NCBI RefSeq assembly: GCF_001194135.2
Contig: NC_068984.1
Location: 21,961,530-22,025,529, forward strand
Direction of reading: 5' to 3'
Origin: Octopus bimaculoides
Taxonomy: Eukaryota
DNA length: 64,000 bases
This document shows, in pieces, positions 12,041 through 26,484 of this stretch. How positions within the stretch are numbered: the first letter of the stretch is position 1; each line of letters opens with the position of its first letter. Position numbers and translations under genes: made by a program. Under the pieces are notes generated by a model. That model made no database searches, was not told the DNA's origin, and worked only from the letters and a program-made list of their open reading frames with translations.

Positions 12041-13459
12041 AATTCTTCTGTTTATTTCTATTAACAGAATTCTGCATTGGCTTGATGGTATAAAAGCATT
12101 TGCCGAGACGTTTAAATAATGCATAAGTTAACAGCAAAGGTAAAGAAATGATAAAATCCTCCAATTATCTGTATAATTGGAGAAGTATTGTGATATATCT
12201 TAAGACAATTTTCAACAATTTCAGAACGCGTTACATGACCCGAGAAATGTAATGCACGAAGATTAAGAAACTTGTGGCGTTTTCCATCTTCCAGATATAT
12301 TTTGTTGTCAGATTATTAAAGCAGTTGTTAGTAATAATGTTTCCTGAATGCTTTCGAATAGTTATTACTATATTCTCAATAGAAAACCAGAATATGATTT
12401 TGGATTTCATTTTCCCGGATTTGACAGTGACATTAACTGCTCAACATCAAATTAGATCAAAGATTATCGATTTGTGTCATATTTATTAGATTGTGTGACG
12501 TTCAAGACATTTCAAATTGCGTTAGGAACGAAAAGGAAATACAATAAATTCAAGCTGGTATCTCAGTTCGGCATATTAAAACTGTTTCGTAGTAGCAGCC
12601 GGTACCTTACTCACAAAGCAAGGTTAAAAGCCTTGTTTTGTAGCATAGAAACTGAGTTTTTCGCTGTCTCGAAATAACATAAAAGGTTCCCTGTAACGGC
12701 TTTATCTAACCGTTTAGCTTCAGAAAATGATGCTTAGAAATGGAACTTTCATAAATTCGCATAGCGTTAACAATCCTCAATAATACAAATAAAAGGGACA
12801 CAAAAATAGGAGTGAGCCAATATTTATTTGATCAATCTTCCAGAAATACAAGCCAAACCTTCTAAAATCTGACTATTTTCTTAAATAAAACTGAATGCGT
12901 TAAGTAGTAATTTTAGCGAAAAATTCAGGATAGTTACGTATGAAATAATTTCCATCATAATCTACCATGCTTGACTCAAGACTAAAAAGCAACAACTTAA
13001 AGGAAGAGATAGTATGTAAATTTAATTCCACTATAACATTCTTCCAGAGAGAAGAAAGGTAGACACAGCTTGAATTGAGTTTGAAATCCTAGCGTAAAGA
13101 GAAGAAACTAGATATTGTAGTCTAATGATCTGATACCTCTGACATACCAACACCATATACAGGTCTATTAAGTGTCCGTTTAGGCACGTTTTAGGTTTAT
13201 GGACTTTGATGTAAACTAACGTACATGTTTGACAAGTGAAAGTGAGACTCAAACCTGTTTCATTGGAACGCTAACTGATGTGCAAACAAGGTCGAAGGCA
13301 TCATCGTCAACAACATCAATATCAACCACCAATGGCAACAATAACATAGTTGGTTATCACAGCAGCAACAAAGTTCTTACAAGAAGCTAGGAGAGAGTAC
13401 CTATAACCTGCTACCTGTGACAAAGCATAATGAAGAGTCATGACATTATGGCAATATTT

Positions 13460-13655
13460 GAAGGCGAGGAGCTGGCAGAATGGTTCGCACGCTGGGTAAA
13501 ATGCTAAGCAACATCTCGTCTGTCTTTACGTTCTGATTTCAAATTCCACCGTGGTCGACTTTGTCTTTCATCCTTTCGGGGTCGATAAATGAATTACCAG
13601 TGAAACACTGAAGCCAATGTAATCGACTTCAGGCCTTGTGCTTATTGTAGAAAAG
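13460..13655 (+). mobile_element. SINE family A
   Basis: GAAGGCGAGGAGCTGGCAGAA..TTCAAATTCCACCGTGGTCGACTTTGTCTTTCATCCTTTCGGGGTCGATAAA. Confidence 0.9.
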
Positions 13656-13687
13656 AATATTATGACACTATTTTCTTTTATTATTTT

Positions 13688-14100
13688 ATTCTTTTACCTG
13701 TTTCAGTCACTGGGCTAAGCTCATGCTGGCGTATGAGGTGTATGGCGATTAAATCGGAATCGATATATGTTTTAGGTACTTATTTAATTAGCCTCATTTG
13801 CCGAACCGGTGGATTATGTGGATGTAAACAAACCAACTCTGATTTCCAAGCAGTGAGAGATGAGCACAAAGACAGAGACCACACTCACTCAATTTCTCTC
13901 TCCCCACCCCCAACATGCACATACACAGGCGCGTGCCCAACGGGACTTTCACGATCTTCTTTCACCAAATTCACTCACAAAATAGTGTTCATCCCCGATC
14001 TTTGGTAGACCAGGGTTGAATACTTACCCAAGATACGATTGAATTGAACCCAAAACCACATAGCGGCAAAGCATACTTCATCACCACACAGCCTTGCCGT
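13688..14100 (-). mobile_element. SINE family B, diverged
   Basis: TTCTTTTACCTGTTTCAGTCA..CATGCTGG at the left end, CCAAATTCACTCACAA internally, and CCACACAGCCTTGCC at the right end. Confidence 0.8.
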
Positions 14101-14299
14101 CAGCTGCCTGCTCCGAATACCAATTAAACACCGATTGTGGACTGAGTAGCAAATCCGGTTAAATAGATCAGGAAAAGTAACAATATTTCATTTATAGGAA
14201 ATGGCTTTCACCGTTTTGGTGTATTAATAAGATTATTAACAAGATTATCCTTGTAATGTAGATAACAGATGATACCTACGAGATCTATCTTCTGTAATA

Positions 14300-15900
14300 A
14301 TACTCTATATTTTGCCAGGATGTCCAGTATTATCTTTAATAATATATCTTTGGAGACATCAGAACGAATGAAACTGATCTATATTCGAAAATATTTCGTT
14401 ATCAACACGAGCCCCAATCTCCCTGTCATAGAACATGCTAAAGAAAAGATCCAATGGAATTTCAGCATAAAGAAGGACCACAGATAACACGAGATAAGCA
14501 TGACGTAATTATATGACATATGTGATAATATTATGTAATGTCTCAATGATTGATGTTGTAATATACATAAGCTGAGAAATTGCTGAGACGCAGCAACAGA
14601 ATGAAATATATTACGGCGCATAAGAAATGTGTCGATCGCCGTAAATCTAGCGGAGGAGTACATAATTAGTTCTATAATGACATAAGCTAACAGAACACAT
14701 AGGAATAGGATTGAAAGAAAGCCCCTACACGGTGCGTAAGAAAACGACCTATAGCTATAGGGATTAGTAGTGAATATGGAAATATACCTTCATGGATTAA
14801 CCACAGACTGATCATTGGTGAGGAATTGCATTCAGCAGCAACCCGATCTAGGCAGCAAATGAAGCAATGGATAGCAGCATGGTGGATAGGCAACCACCCC
14901 GAAAAAGTCACCAGCGGACCATCTCTGATACTCAGAGTGCACTCAACAGAGGAAAGTCTGTAAAGTCACTAGGCAAGGTCGACAAGTTTTCTGAGGCGTT
15001 CGTTATCTTAATCGTAATTCGTATCACTAGAGTGATGTGCAAATACATTTGAAAAACCTCTGTGGATTATCTATAATTAGAAATTGGGGAGAATTGTTGA
15101 GAGATAGTTTCAACCCAACGGATGCCAAAGTGGTAAGTAGGGGTACAGACCTCAAGATATGGGGATTTATGTCTATAATAAATCGACGATTATAGATATC
15201 ATTAAGGTAATGAAAGAATTAAAGTCGAGCAAGTACGGCCAGATAATTCATAAGTATATTCTAAAAAATAGTAATTTTAGGACCGTCAAATATTGTTGGA
15301 CCTTCAAATACTATTACGAAGCATTTGATAATAGTGAACATTTGTCAGCGTGTCTACCAACACTGACTTAATTCTCCGTGATGTAAGACGAGAACACTTT
15401 TCTGCATCTCTCAATTGATGTATTATAGTAGTTTCTATACTTGATAAACTCTTCCGGTTCTAAGCTTGCATTGAGAATAGGAATCCGAAGTTGGAGTAGA
15501 CAACAGAATAGATTGAGCAATGGAAAATGTTTTCATGCTTAGTTATGTCTCTTAAGGGTTGTGAGCCTCGCTGGGTTTGACCGTAGGCTTTTCATCGTTC
15601 CAGATCCGAAAGGTTAAAACTAAATATCTGTATTTTTGGTGGATCTCAACCATTCTATTGGTATGGATTAATATTAAAGGGAAGTGATTCAAGTTGATTA
15701 AATATTTGTTAGAGACCTAATCGATTTCAGATCGATAAAATACCAAATTAGCTCGTTTTAATTCATATCCAGAATCATGACTTGGTAAGTTAAGTAACCT
15801 CTCTTCTCTAGCAGCCATTCGCACACTTCTAATAAATAGAAAAGTTGGTAGTGTTAAGTTAAGTAGAAAACTAGAAAACCGCATGTGCACCTGCTTTATG
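14300..15900 (+). mobile_element. Heavily decayed LINE-like remnant (APE/RT)
   Basis: Scattered motif echoes only: DRRKSSGGV, PSWINH and KVMKELKSSK-GPDNIH (frameshifted). Many stops. Confidence 0.3.
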
Positions 15901-18900
15901 TGAAATTCTCCGACTTGATTGTTTACTTTGTGTATAAACATGCATCATAGCAAAGCACAAATATTCTTGTAAATGTACTAATGGACGAACGCCTAGTTTA
16001 ATAATTAATGAACAGTATTCATCCATTAACTATCAAGAAAAAATACTGCGTTGATACATTCCAACCCCTTACAACACCATAACAAACAGGACCATAAAGA
16101 ATAATTGAATTTTACTGCAGAACAGTATTAAAAGTGTCAACCAGCCAGACAAATAAACATACTTCCTCTCTCTAAGTATCCACATACGTTACTTTTATTA
16201 CTAAAGAAATTGAAGCTTTATTTGTAAAAAGATATACGATAGTGATACAGTAATGATATCTGCAAGAGGAGATTTTTTAATAATAGAGTAATATGCGAAT
16301 TATTATGGTTAATGGCGTTTTGTAATCAGAATTGGTAGAAAATATGGTGTATTGTTGATGCTGTTGGTTTTCTGGAATTTTCTTACTCTTTAGATCTATA
16401 TTTTGCATTCATAAATATTTAAATAGTTCATCGATTTGTTCAGAATCAAAACTGAAAACATTGCATTGATACGGCACACATCCTTCTATAATGACATATC
16501 AGAAATAATAATAAAGTCACTGAGCAACTGTTTCAAAGCCTGGCGCTTTTAAACATTCACATTTCGACATACAACTATTGGTTCATTAGAATATATTAAT
16601 AAACTTCAACACTGACGTCAAGAATTTAGGCTAGGCAGCTAAAACAATTCCAGCAGATTAAAGTGATGATATCTTTAAAGCTATGTTATTCAAGTTCAGT
16701 GTAAGTCTACTAAGCTGTTGTAATATGAATTTCTCACAAGTATCGTGTCCTTCGTTATTTAAGAATGTTAGCCAATAAAAAATGAAATATACGTGTGAAC
16801 AGTGTAAGACATTCTTAATCCTATTGTTTTTCGTTTAATTTATTACCCCACTAAGCATTATTAGCAAGTAATTGTAGACAATAGAGCATGTCCAGATCAT
16901 CAGGCTCTACCTCATATGATACACCATCACATTCATTCTGAATTTTGCAATATGTTTCTCATCTAAGAGATGACATAGTATATATCTGGAAGAGAAATGT
17001 GAGTCGGCTCTACTTATTTAGCCGCTCAACAGCTGATCATAGGTCTGCTAGATTCCTGTTGATTTGTGTTCAAACAACAACAACAGTAGCAGCAGCAAAT
17101 ATTTGTACCAACATTTAGAAATAATCGATTGCTCACAATATGAAATATGTTATTTTGGTAGTGAAAAAATGCTATTTCAACAACAATATCTGGTGCTTCA
17201 TAAGAAATAAAGGAAGGTTAAGAGATAAAGATCATCCTGTACAGTTTTTGCCAACATACGATGTGTTACTGACAAAATTTATATAGAAACAGAAGATTGC
17301 AAATATAATGCAAATACACGTATAGAACATATGTCATTGACAAGGAAAGAACATTATGTGAGCTAGAAATGAGGACGTATTCCTTGATACATCTTTAGAA
17401 AACAAAAACCTTTCGCAGAATTTTGGGAGTAAAACTGCCTAACAATAAAACATTATATAGCATTATACAGTGGTATTTATTACATATAATTCGGATAAAG
17501 ACAGTTAAGAACCATAATGGAAAATTCATCACAAACTTATTACAGTACAAAAATGCATCCCATTCATTTCATTAACTTCCTTTCTTTGACATTATAGATC
17601 ATTCCTAGTTGCGTTGAACTCTTGGTCTTCTTTTTTTTAACAAACATTTTGTTCTTACGATAACAATTATTAAGATAAATACTGTCTTAATACCTTAATT
17701 CCGTCTGTTCCTGCTGTTCACATTCAAGACCAAGAGGTAGTTAATAATTATCTCACGTAGTCAACCGATTGAAAGAGAAAGACCGGAGAGAAAAGAACGA
17801 AAGAAGACTAAAAGTTGCTTTTTGTATTATATCACTAGGATAATAAATATCAGTTACGTCAAAAGAATGAAACAAATACAAGCTGACAATAATGCCCAAG
17901 AGGGTGTGACGTAGGAACGACTGTCGCGATGGAAACGTGCAAACTAACAACTAGACTGAATGATGGAAGCATGTTTCTGATAAGAATCAATATTGGTGAA
18001 ACATTCAGATCAACATTACCATTGACGTATAACAAAACAGCTATTGTTCTTTAGAACAGGAAACGAAACTTCTGTACTGGTGTAGAGGCATCCTGTTTAC
18101 AAGAGAAAGGGAATATTAAGTTATGACATTTACAATGATATTTACTGTGCACGTGAAGCAATGCTAACACAGACCTAAAACCAAATTTCAAAACTTATTA
18201 GCGTGTTGTGGTGTTCCAGCACATATCAGTACAATGATTATTCCATTGATAGTGTTTCTTTATTTCCGTTTAATTGATTAATTCATTTTAGATATTCTGG
18301 ATTGAAAAAAAAAAAATGTATGAAATTCATGAAAAAATTCTAACTTCAGTTGTATTGACAATTGCATCTTCACGTATGATGTGCTTGCTTATTTCTTTTC
18401 GTGCCCGTGTATGCTCGCGTATGCATGAGTTGTATTAGGCAATACTGTTCACCGTTCTAGTTTTCCCACCGATAACACTGACAGAGGTATAAATCGGAAC
18501 GGAGATGATTGAGTGTGACTGTTTGAACGTTGGAGAGTTGGTACGGTTGACTGTAGATTGAAGCTGTTTTGGCACTTGAGGCAGGCAAAGATATACTTAT
18601 ACACATAGAGTGAAAGAATGAGAGAGAGAGACACAGGTATAAAAACTAATTAATTGAACACAATTGCCATTTTGTCTCTCCTAACAAAGAGAAATACTCT
18701 CACACACAGAAAGAGAGATGGAGGGGAGAGAGAAGAGAGAACAGAAGAAGCATTGAAGCACTTGCTGTGAAATAAGTCAGCGTCGAATCAGCAGTGCCAA
18801 GTAAGCGGCGCCAAAACGGTTGTACCAAAACGTCTAATGCTTAAAATGGAACTCATGTACTATTTCAAATGTAGCCAGGTAAAGATATTTCATATCACAA

Positions 18901-19399
18901 CAAAAAGGGAAAAAATCACAACTGATTAAATATCGCACATCATTGCCGTAGACTGCTATCATGCGTTTACATAACAATACAATAATTCTCATGATACTCC
19001 GTCATAATGCTTAAAAGAATATGTGTTGTAACTGCAGGAGATATATCAATCCCAGTTCAGATTTTGAAGTGAACGTTCAACTGACGAGTGACGTAAACAA
19101 TGCACCTGTTTTACTTGACAATTTTCTCAAGAAATATAAATACTAATAAGCATGATGTGTTTAATTGCCCACAAAAATCTATTTCATAAGCATATAAGCT
19201 ATACATCGTTATCGATCTTGGATAAGAGAAAGCGATATTCGATACTTGTGCGTTTTGAACTGAAATCAGCGATGTGCTGAGAAATATACTTATACAACTA
19301 ACATTGCTCACACACTGTATCTACATCTTGTGTGTTTTCTTTAATTTCTCTGTATGTTTAAATCTATGTTTGGAGGGATGTATATAAATACATACAAAC

Positions 19400-20301
<902 letters not shown>

Positions 20302-21583
20302 ATACCCACTCTACAGACAGATATACGTGTGCAATCCTTTCCCTGATTTATGGTTTCTTAGATGACTCACCTATACACACACACACACACACACACATAT
20401 ATGTCGTCGTCATCATCAACATCGATAACACTGTAACACTGTGAATTTGTCTCTCTCTCTCTCTCTCTCTCTCCCTATCTATCTATCTATCTATCTATCT
20501 ATCCATCTATCTGTTTATCTCTATATATGCATACACACAAACACATTAACATCATATGCATGCACGTATGTGTGCAGTCATATACGTGTGTGGGAGTTGT
20601 GCTTAAGTAAAAATATTTACTCATACATGATCCCATGCATATACAATCAAATGTGCACAGAGTGAAAGATAGGATACAAAGTTCTTCATTTCGTATAATT
20701 CCTATATTCATACGATGAGTTGTTCAAATAAATTAAACAAACAAGAAAACTATAGCCTAAAAAAAATTGTTACGTAGGAAATATTGACACGAAAGAAAAC
20801 AAAAAAAAATAGAATTAATTAGTTGAACTGTAAACATCCGCGTCCGGCACTTAGCTGAGTTTGCTTTACGGCGGTAATATATTTAGAGTTTGACATCACC
20901 GACTATCACCTCTCACTAAACTCCATCCATCTATCTACTTTAATGACAAGTGTATGTGGCGCCGGTCTATACATCCTTCCTGTAAGATTTCAAATAGATT
21001 AAGACAACATACTTGCTTTTTATAACTTTACTTATTATACATAGACATCCCCCCCCTCTACGTATGATCAGGCGTACTACATTTATGTATCTATACGTGG
21101 ATATGTGTGTGTATGTGTGTGTGTATGTGCATGTGTGTATGTGTGTACGTGTGTGTGCGTATGTGTTATAGCACGAGTGCACGCGCATTAGCACCTTTTT
21201 AGCTAAGAAGAACAGCGCACAATATATGATATAACATTTACAGTCTTGGAACTATAGTGTGACCGATCACACGTATACATTACGTGAGCAAGACTCAGAG
21301 TAAACGTACGCCACATGCATACATGCGCACATATATTCACTTATGTACACATATATGTTGCAGTGTATTGTGTACACATATATATGCCGTAGTGTATTGT
21401 GTGTGATCTTTTGTATGAATCTACGTAGATATTTTGTGAAGGTTATTTCTTCAGAAATTACAGCCAGCACTGATGTTTTTGCTACAATGTTTCATATTGA
21501 GGCGTCAGATGTAAAAATACAGTGAGATCCAATAACTTAACATTGCTATATGCAGTGGCTATGCAATATGTTCTGAGATGAGA

Positions 21584-21699
21584 GTAGGTCCTTTGGAATA
21601 ATACAATTCCTATATCCATCTTCAACGTTTCTTCTGGTCTTCATTTCAAAGAACTGTAGAACATAATTATGTTTCCAATGCAATATATGTAAAAGAAAA
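21584..21699 (+). repeat. 116-bp local duplication, copy 1
   Basis: Identical to 23261-23376 except for one substitution (TTGG vs TTAG). Confidence 0.97.
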
Positions 21700-22099
21700 T
21701 ATGGCATATACACTGGTGCTGTTCAGTTTGGCTCACATATTTTTAAATAAATATTTTTCACTAAACAGTTGAAACTTCGTATACAGGTGATATTTTAGAA
21801 GTTATTTCGTGTTAAAGTCGTATTTGGGTAATTTCAATAAATCAACGACTTGTATTCGGGTCATCTCTACTAAATGTCACCACTCTGTTCTATTCGTATG
21901 TCGAACGATGACTATCCTTTCTTCCTTTCTAGTCAGCACCGTGCATGTCTTACTCTTTCTCTCCCTTCTACACTGTCAACTAGCAACCAGTGAGCGAACT
22001 TGTCCCTTCCACTACAATTACCGTATTTCTCCGTGTATAAGCCGCTATTTGTTTTGTTTTACTATCATGCTTTGATAATGCTATGTTTAATCTAATATA

Positions 22100-22155
<56 letters not shown>

Positions 22156-22529
22156 TAGTAGTAGTAGTAGTTGTAGTAGTAGTAGTTTTACAGCGTGATA
22201 TCTATTGTCCAACTAATTCTGTTCTGCGAGCTTTGACTAATTTGCAATTTTGCGTTGTTTTACCTATATGAAAGGAAAATAAACAAATCGAGTATAAGTA
22301 GTTTAAAGAGATAAAGATGGTTCAGAACCAAAGTATTAGAAATAGATACCATAGAACTAATATAAAGCATAATATAAGAATGCTCGCCAGTGCTCCAAGA
22401 ACTTCCAAGTGAGTAAATATCCATGGAATTAAGTTCATAACCAAAATACACTCAGGCAATGTATATGGTATTTTAAATACTTTACGATTACCACGCCTAC
22501 ACATAACGTATATATTGATTAAAACAACA

Positions 22530-22790
22530 GAAGAACATCTACAAATACGAACCAAGTTTTCATTAAATCGATGGAGGAGCGTAATATTGTGGTTTCGACT
22601 CTTGGACCGGGCGAGGATTTGGGTTCTTAAGCAAGACACTTCATTTCACGTTTCCCCAATCCACTCAATTGGCAAAACTGAGTAATTCTGCGATGGACAA
22701 GCGTCTCATCCAGATGGGGAATATATACGCAATGGAAAACGGGAAACCGGCCTGTATGACTCGGGAAGGAACCCTACTTATTTACTTCTT
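22530..22790 (+). mobile_element. SINE family C (CORE/V-like central motif), diverged
   Basis: GTGGTTTCGACTC..TTCTTAAGCAAGACACTTCATTTCACG..CTGCGATGGACAAGCGTCTCATCCAG..GGAAACCGGCC. Confidence 0.7.
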
Positions 22791-23260
22791 TAGATCTTAT
22801 GTAATAAGGTATGGCACATTGCGTCGTATATCCGATACACTATGTTTGAACAAAAGACAACAGAAATGGTATTGTAACTGCTTGAACATCATTAAGTGTA
22901 GCCTGAAAGAGCTGCGTTATGTGAAGCTACACAAAAACTGAAACAACACAATCACTATCAAGAAAACAACATCAACAAATCTATCTTGGCATTCTGTGAA
23001 ATGACCAAGGATTTGGGAGTAAAAGGAATCGATCGATCGATCACTTAGTGATGTCACAGTCAAAAATTCAAAGCGTCAGTCTTAATAACAGAGCAATTAG
23101 CATTAAAGACAATATTCCAGCTTGCCAAAATGAAAATGAAAAACACAAATGTACGTACGCACGCCCAGGTACTACATTCACGGTCTTATCAAAATCTTAT
23201 TAAAATCACAACTGTGTTCTAATTCTATAATTTTTATTCAGGTTTTTTCTCTGTATTTTT

Positions 23261-23376
23261 GTAGGTCCTTTAGAATAATACAATTCCTATATCCATCTTC
23301 AACGTTTCTTCTGGTCTTCATTTCAAAGAACTGTAGAACATAATTATGTTTCCAATGCAATATATGTAAAAGAAAA
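23261..23376 (+). repeat. 116-bp local duplication, copy 2 (bracketed by splice-like signals)
   Basis: Identical to 21584-21699 except for one base. Preceded by TTTTTTCTCTGTATTTTTGTAG and followed by GTTAGT. Confidence 0.97.
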
Positions 23377-23394
23377 GTTAGTCTTCGTTATACG

Positions 23395-23397
23395 AAC

Positions 23398-23470
<73 letters not shown>

Positions 23471-23490
23471 CACACACACACACACACAAA
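23395..23490. repeat. (CA)n microsatellite
   Basis: Directly visible. Confidence 0.98.
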
Positions 23491-24020
23491 TATACACACA
23501 CTTACACATACAGGTATACGCGTGTATGCAGAACAACGTTTCATTAAAAACATGACTATTTTCCAGAGATTTTCTTTTCATGACAGACTTTTCATATTTC
23601 CCTATACTATATACATATATACGTAAATACAAGCACACACACATTTGTAGAAATATGCATAGATATTACATATGTATGCGCTTGCGTTTCTCTTGAAGCA
23701 TGCAATTAGCAGTTAGCGATCGAAAGGCTATAGCAGAATTTCCATCGTCTTTTAAATAATACGTAACTTAAATGTAACTAACTACATTATATATTGTGAA
23801 ACTGCACTGAGAGGCTGTCTCGCTGTGTTCTGACACTTGAAAAATGGTTTCATTCGTCACATGACAGATCCAAAAAAAGAGTTCAGTGAACAACGTGATT
23901 TTGTTTACTGTCTTTTTATCATGTAATGCTTCACTATCAGCGAGAAGACATAGAAAATTTACCATGATTACTTCGTTATATGTGCTGTTATCGCAAGTAT
24001 AAGAAAAGAGAAAGACATAC

Positions 24021-24051
<31 letters not shown>

Positions 24052-24829
24052 ATTGATGATGGTGATGGTGGTTGTCGAGGTGATGGTGGTGGTGATGACA
24101 ATTATGGAGATAATGACAGCAACGAATACAAACGCAATAGTGAAGACCAGTGGGATAATGTTGTTGTTGGTGATGATGATGATGGTTATGATGATGTGAA
24201 TAGCAAAAGCAACAACACTGACAACACATAATACACTATGATAGATAACAGTATCTCTGAACAGGAACTAGGAACAAAAAGAACAGCGATGCACCTTCAA
24301 GTCCACTTTATAAAGTAAGTCTACGGGTATCTGCAACTAGGTACAGTTTTACAGCGAAAACCGATTGTACAACTGAAGCTGTATCTGGAAATCCGTGAAT
24401 ATCCGTATAATTTGTATAAAAGTTTAAACAAGAGAGACTGCATTGAGCAAATATTCATTCGTGTATTATACTACATTTGTTTCATTTCTACTTTACCGCA
24501 ATATTATCATATAATGTATTAATTTTTTTAAATGTTACATGGCGCCAGTATTATTTCAGGAACATTGGTAAGTGAAGACATATCAGGTAAGAACACAATG
24601 GGTCTGTTAAATCAAACCATGTTCCATGGAATATATACTTTACGTTGATTCTATTACGCTCTCTTCATTATCATATAACATTTCGAATAAGATACAGAAC
24701 ACTCGATTGTAAAACCACAAGTACAGTTGAGCCGGTCAAAGAAACAGGTAGATGACGAAAACATATAAGAAAAAAGGTGCAAAATCATCAAAAAATTAAA
24801 TAACCAAACAGATAAAACTAAACTAAATG

Positions 24830-25113
24830 AGTAAAGTTAATCGCCACATTAATATGGCTGTTCAATGTTACTACTGGTTTAACCCCAGGCAGATCTTTCA
24901 CTAGCTGATTATAGGCGCAGCCTGCGCCCCGTACATATATATTGCCAGCGGGGGAGGGAGTGGAGCTGAAGGATGGTAGGGGTTCCCTCTCCTGCTGGCA
25001 ATATTTATGTACGAGGTGCAGGCTGCATCTATAATCAGCTGGTGGAAGATCTGCCTGGGGTTAAACTAGTAATAACATTGAACAGCCATATTGTTGTGGC
25101 GATTAATTTTACT
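24830..25113. repeat. Long foldback (inverted-repeat) element, probable MITE
   Basis: Arms of about 128 bp, ungapped, with about 14 mismatches by manual alignment and a short central loop. No clear TSD. Confidence 0.9.
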
Positions 25114-25243
25114 TGTTAATATAGTTACTACTCTAATCTTTTATTGAGGGTTTACAACCAGTTACTTTGTTTAATCTAACTAAACAAATAATTAATATTT
25201 CGATTCGTGGTTGTATTTGGTTTGCAAGAATCTTCAAGTGAAC

Positions 25244-25975
25244 AAGGTGGTGAGCTGGCAGAAACGTTAGCACGCCGGGCGAAATGCTTAGCCGTATTTC
25301 GTCTGCCGTTACGTTCTGAGTTCAAATTACGCCTAGGTCGACTTTGCCTTTCATTCTTTCGGGGTCGATTAAATAAGTACCAGTTACACACTGGGGTCGA
25401 CATGATCGACTTAATCCTTTTGTCTTTCCTTGTTTGTCTCCCCCGTGTGTAGCCCCCTGTGGGCAGTAAAGAAATAAGAAACGTTAGCTCGCCGGGCGAA
25501 ATGCTCAGCAGTATTTCGTCTGACGTTACGTTCTGAGGTCAAATTCCGCCGAGGTCGACTTTGCCTTTCATCTTTTCGGGTTCGGTAAATTAAGTACCAG
25601 TTATGTACTGAGGTCGATGTAATCTACTTAAACCCTTTGTCTGTCCTTGTTTGTCCCCTCTATGTTTAGTTCCTTGTGGGCAATAAAGATCTAATCGACT
25701 GGCCCCTTCCCCCAAAATCTCGAGCCTTGTGCCTAGAGTAGGAAAGTTATTGAATGCCAGTAAGGCAGCGAGCTGGCAGAAACGTTAGCACGCCGGGAGA
25801 AAGTCTTAACGGTATTTCGACAGTCTTTACGTTCTGAGTTCAAATTCCGCCGGAGGCGACTTTGCCTTTCATACTTTCGGGTCGATAAATTATGTACCAA
25901 TTGCTTACTGAGGTCGATCTAATCGATTGGCCTCCTCCCCAAAAATTTCGAACCTTGTGCCTAGAGTAGAAAATA
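25244..25975 (+). mobile_element. Tandem cluster of SINE family A (tRNA-like head + Deu/Nin-like central motif): three units plus an extra tail
   Basis: Repeated AAGG(C/T)GG(C/T)GAGCTGGCAGAAACGTTAGCACGCCGGG, GAGTTCAAATT (B-box-like) and GTCGACTTTGCCTTTCAT..GGGTCGATAAATTAAGTACC. Two alternative 3' tails. Confidence 0.92.
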
Positions 25976-26451
25976 ATATTGAATTTCACTATTTAAATGA
26001 TCAATATACAAATTATTTTTTAGAAAAAATCCGGTTGGTTTCGCAAAAAGTTATCAAGATAGCTTTTCTAGAAAGACAGCTTATTCTCTGTTGAATATAA
26101 AATGTATCTGTTTTTAAATAATTTTTTTCCTCTTTTGTATATTCTTTAGTTCCAAGTAGTTTTGCATCTAAAACAGAGTGACTGATATTTCGACGCCGCA
26201 GGTAACAAAATGATTCTATCATATTTTTTTTACACTGCCTGATGAGAGTTATGGCCTTGGAAACTTACTGATCTCTCACGGAAAGGATTCCAGTTGAAGA
26301 ATTACAGTCAAAACGGGAAATGATTTATAATTTGTATGAAGAAATATTTAAATATTTGGCGAAAAATATTTCACTTAAACGGGCTATGATGTACTCTCTG
26401 AAGTAGACGTATGTGTGTGTGTGTGTGTGTGTGTGTGCGCGTGTGTGTGTG

Positions 26452-26484
<33 letters not shown>

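Noticed and set aside
14687-14911. Ankyrin-like GWLPIHHAA
   Set aside because: An isolated motif within what looks like a decayed LINE on the other strand.
22019-22046. pogo/Tigger-like TIR TACCGTATTTCTCCGTGTATAAGCCGC
   Set aside because: No matching opposite end was found.
23768-24231. His-rich and Asp-rich ORFs
   Set aside because: These are translations of (GAT)n/(GGT)n microsatellites.
25244-25975. CRISPR-like or satellite interpretation of the repeated units
   Set aside because: The units are dispersed SINE copies with no repeat-spacer periodicity, in a eukaryotic context.
26236-26275. CCTGATGAGAG..GGAAAC hammerhead-like string
   Set aside because: Stem II is not closed and no NUH/stem III follows.
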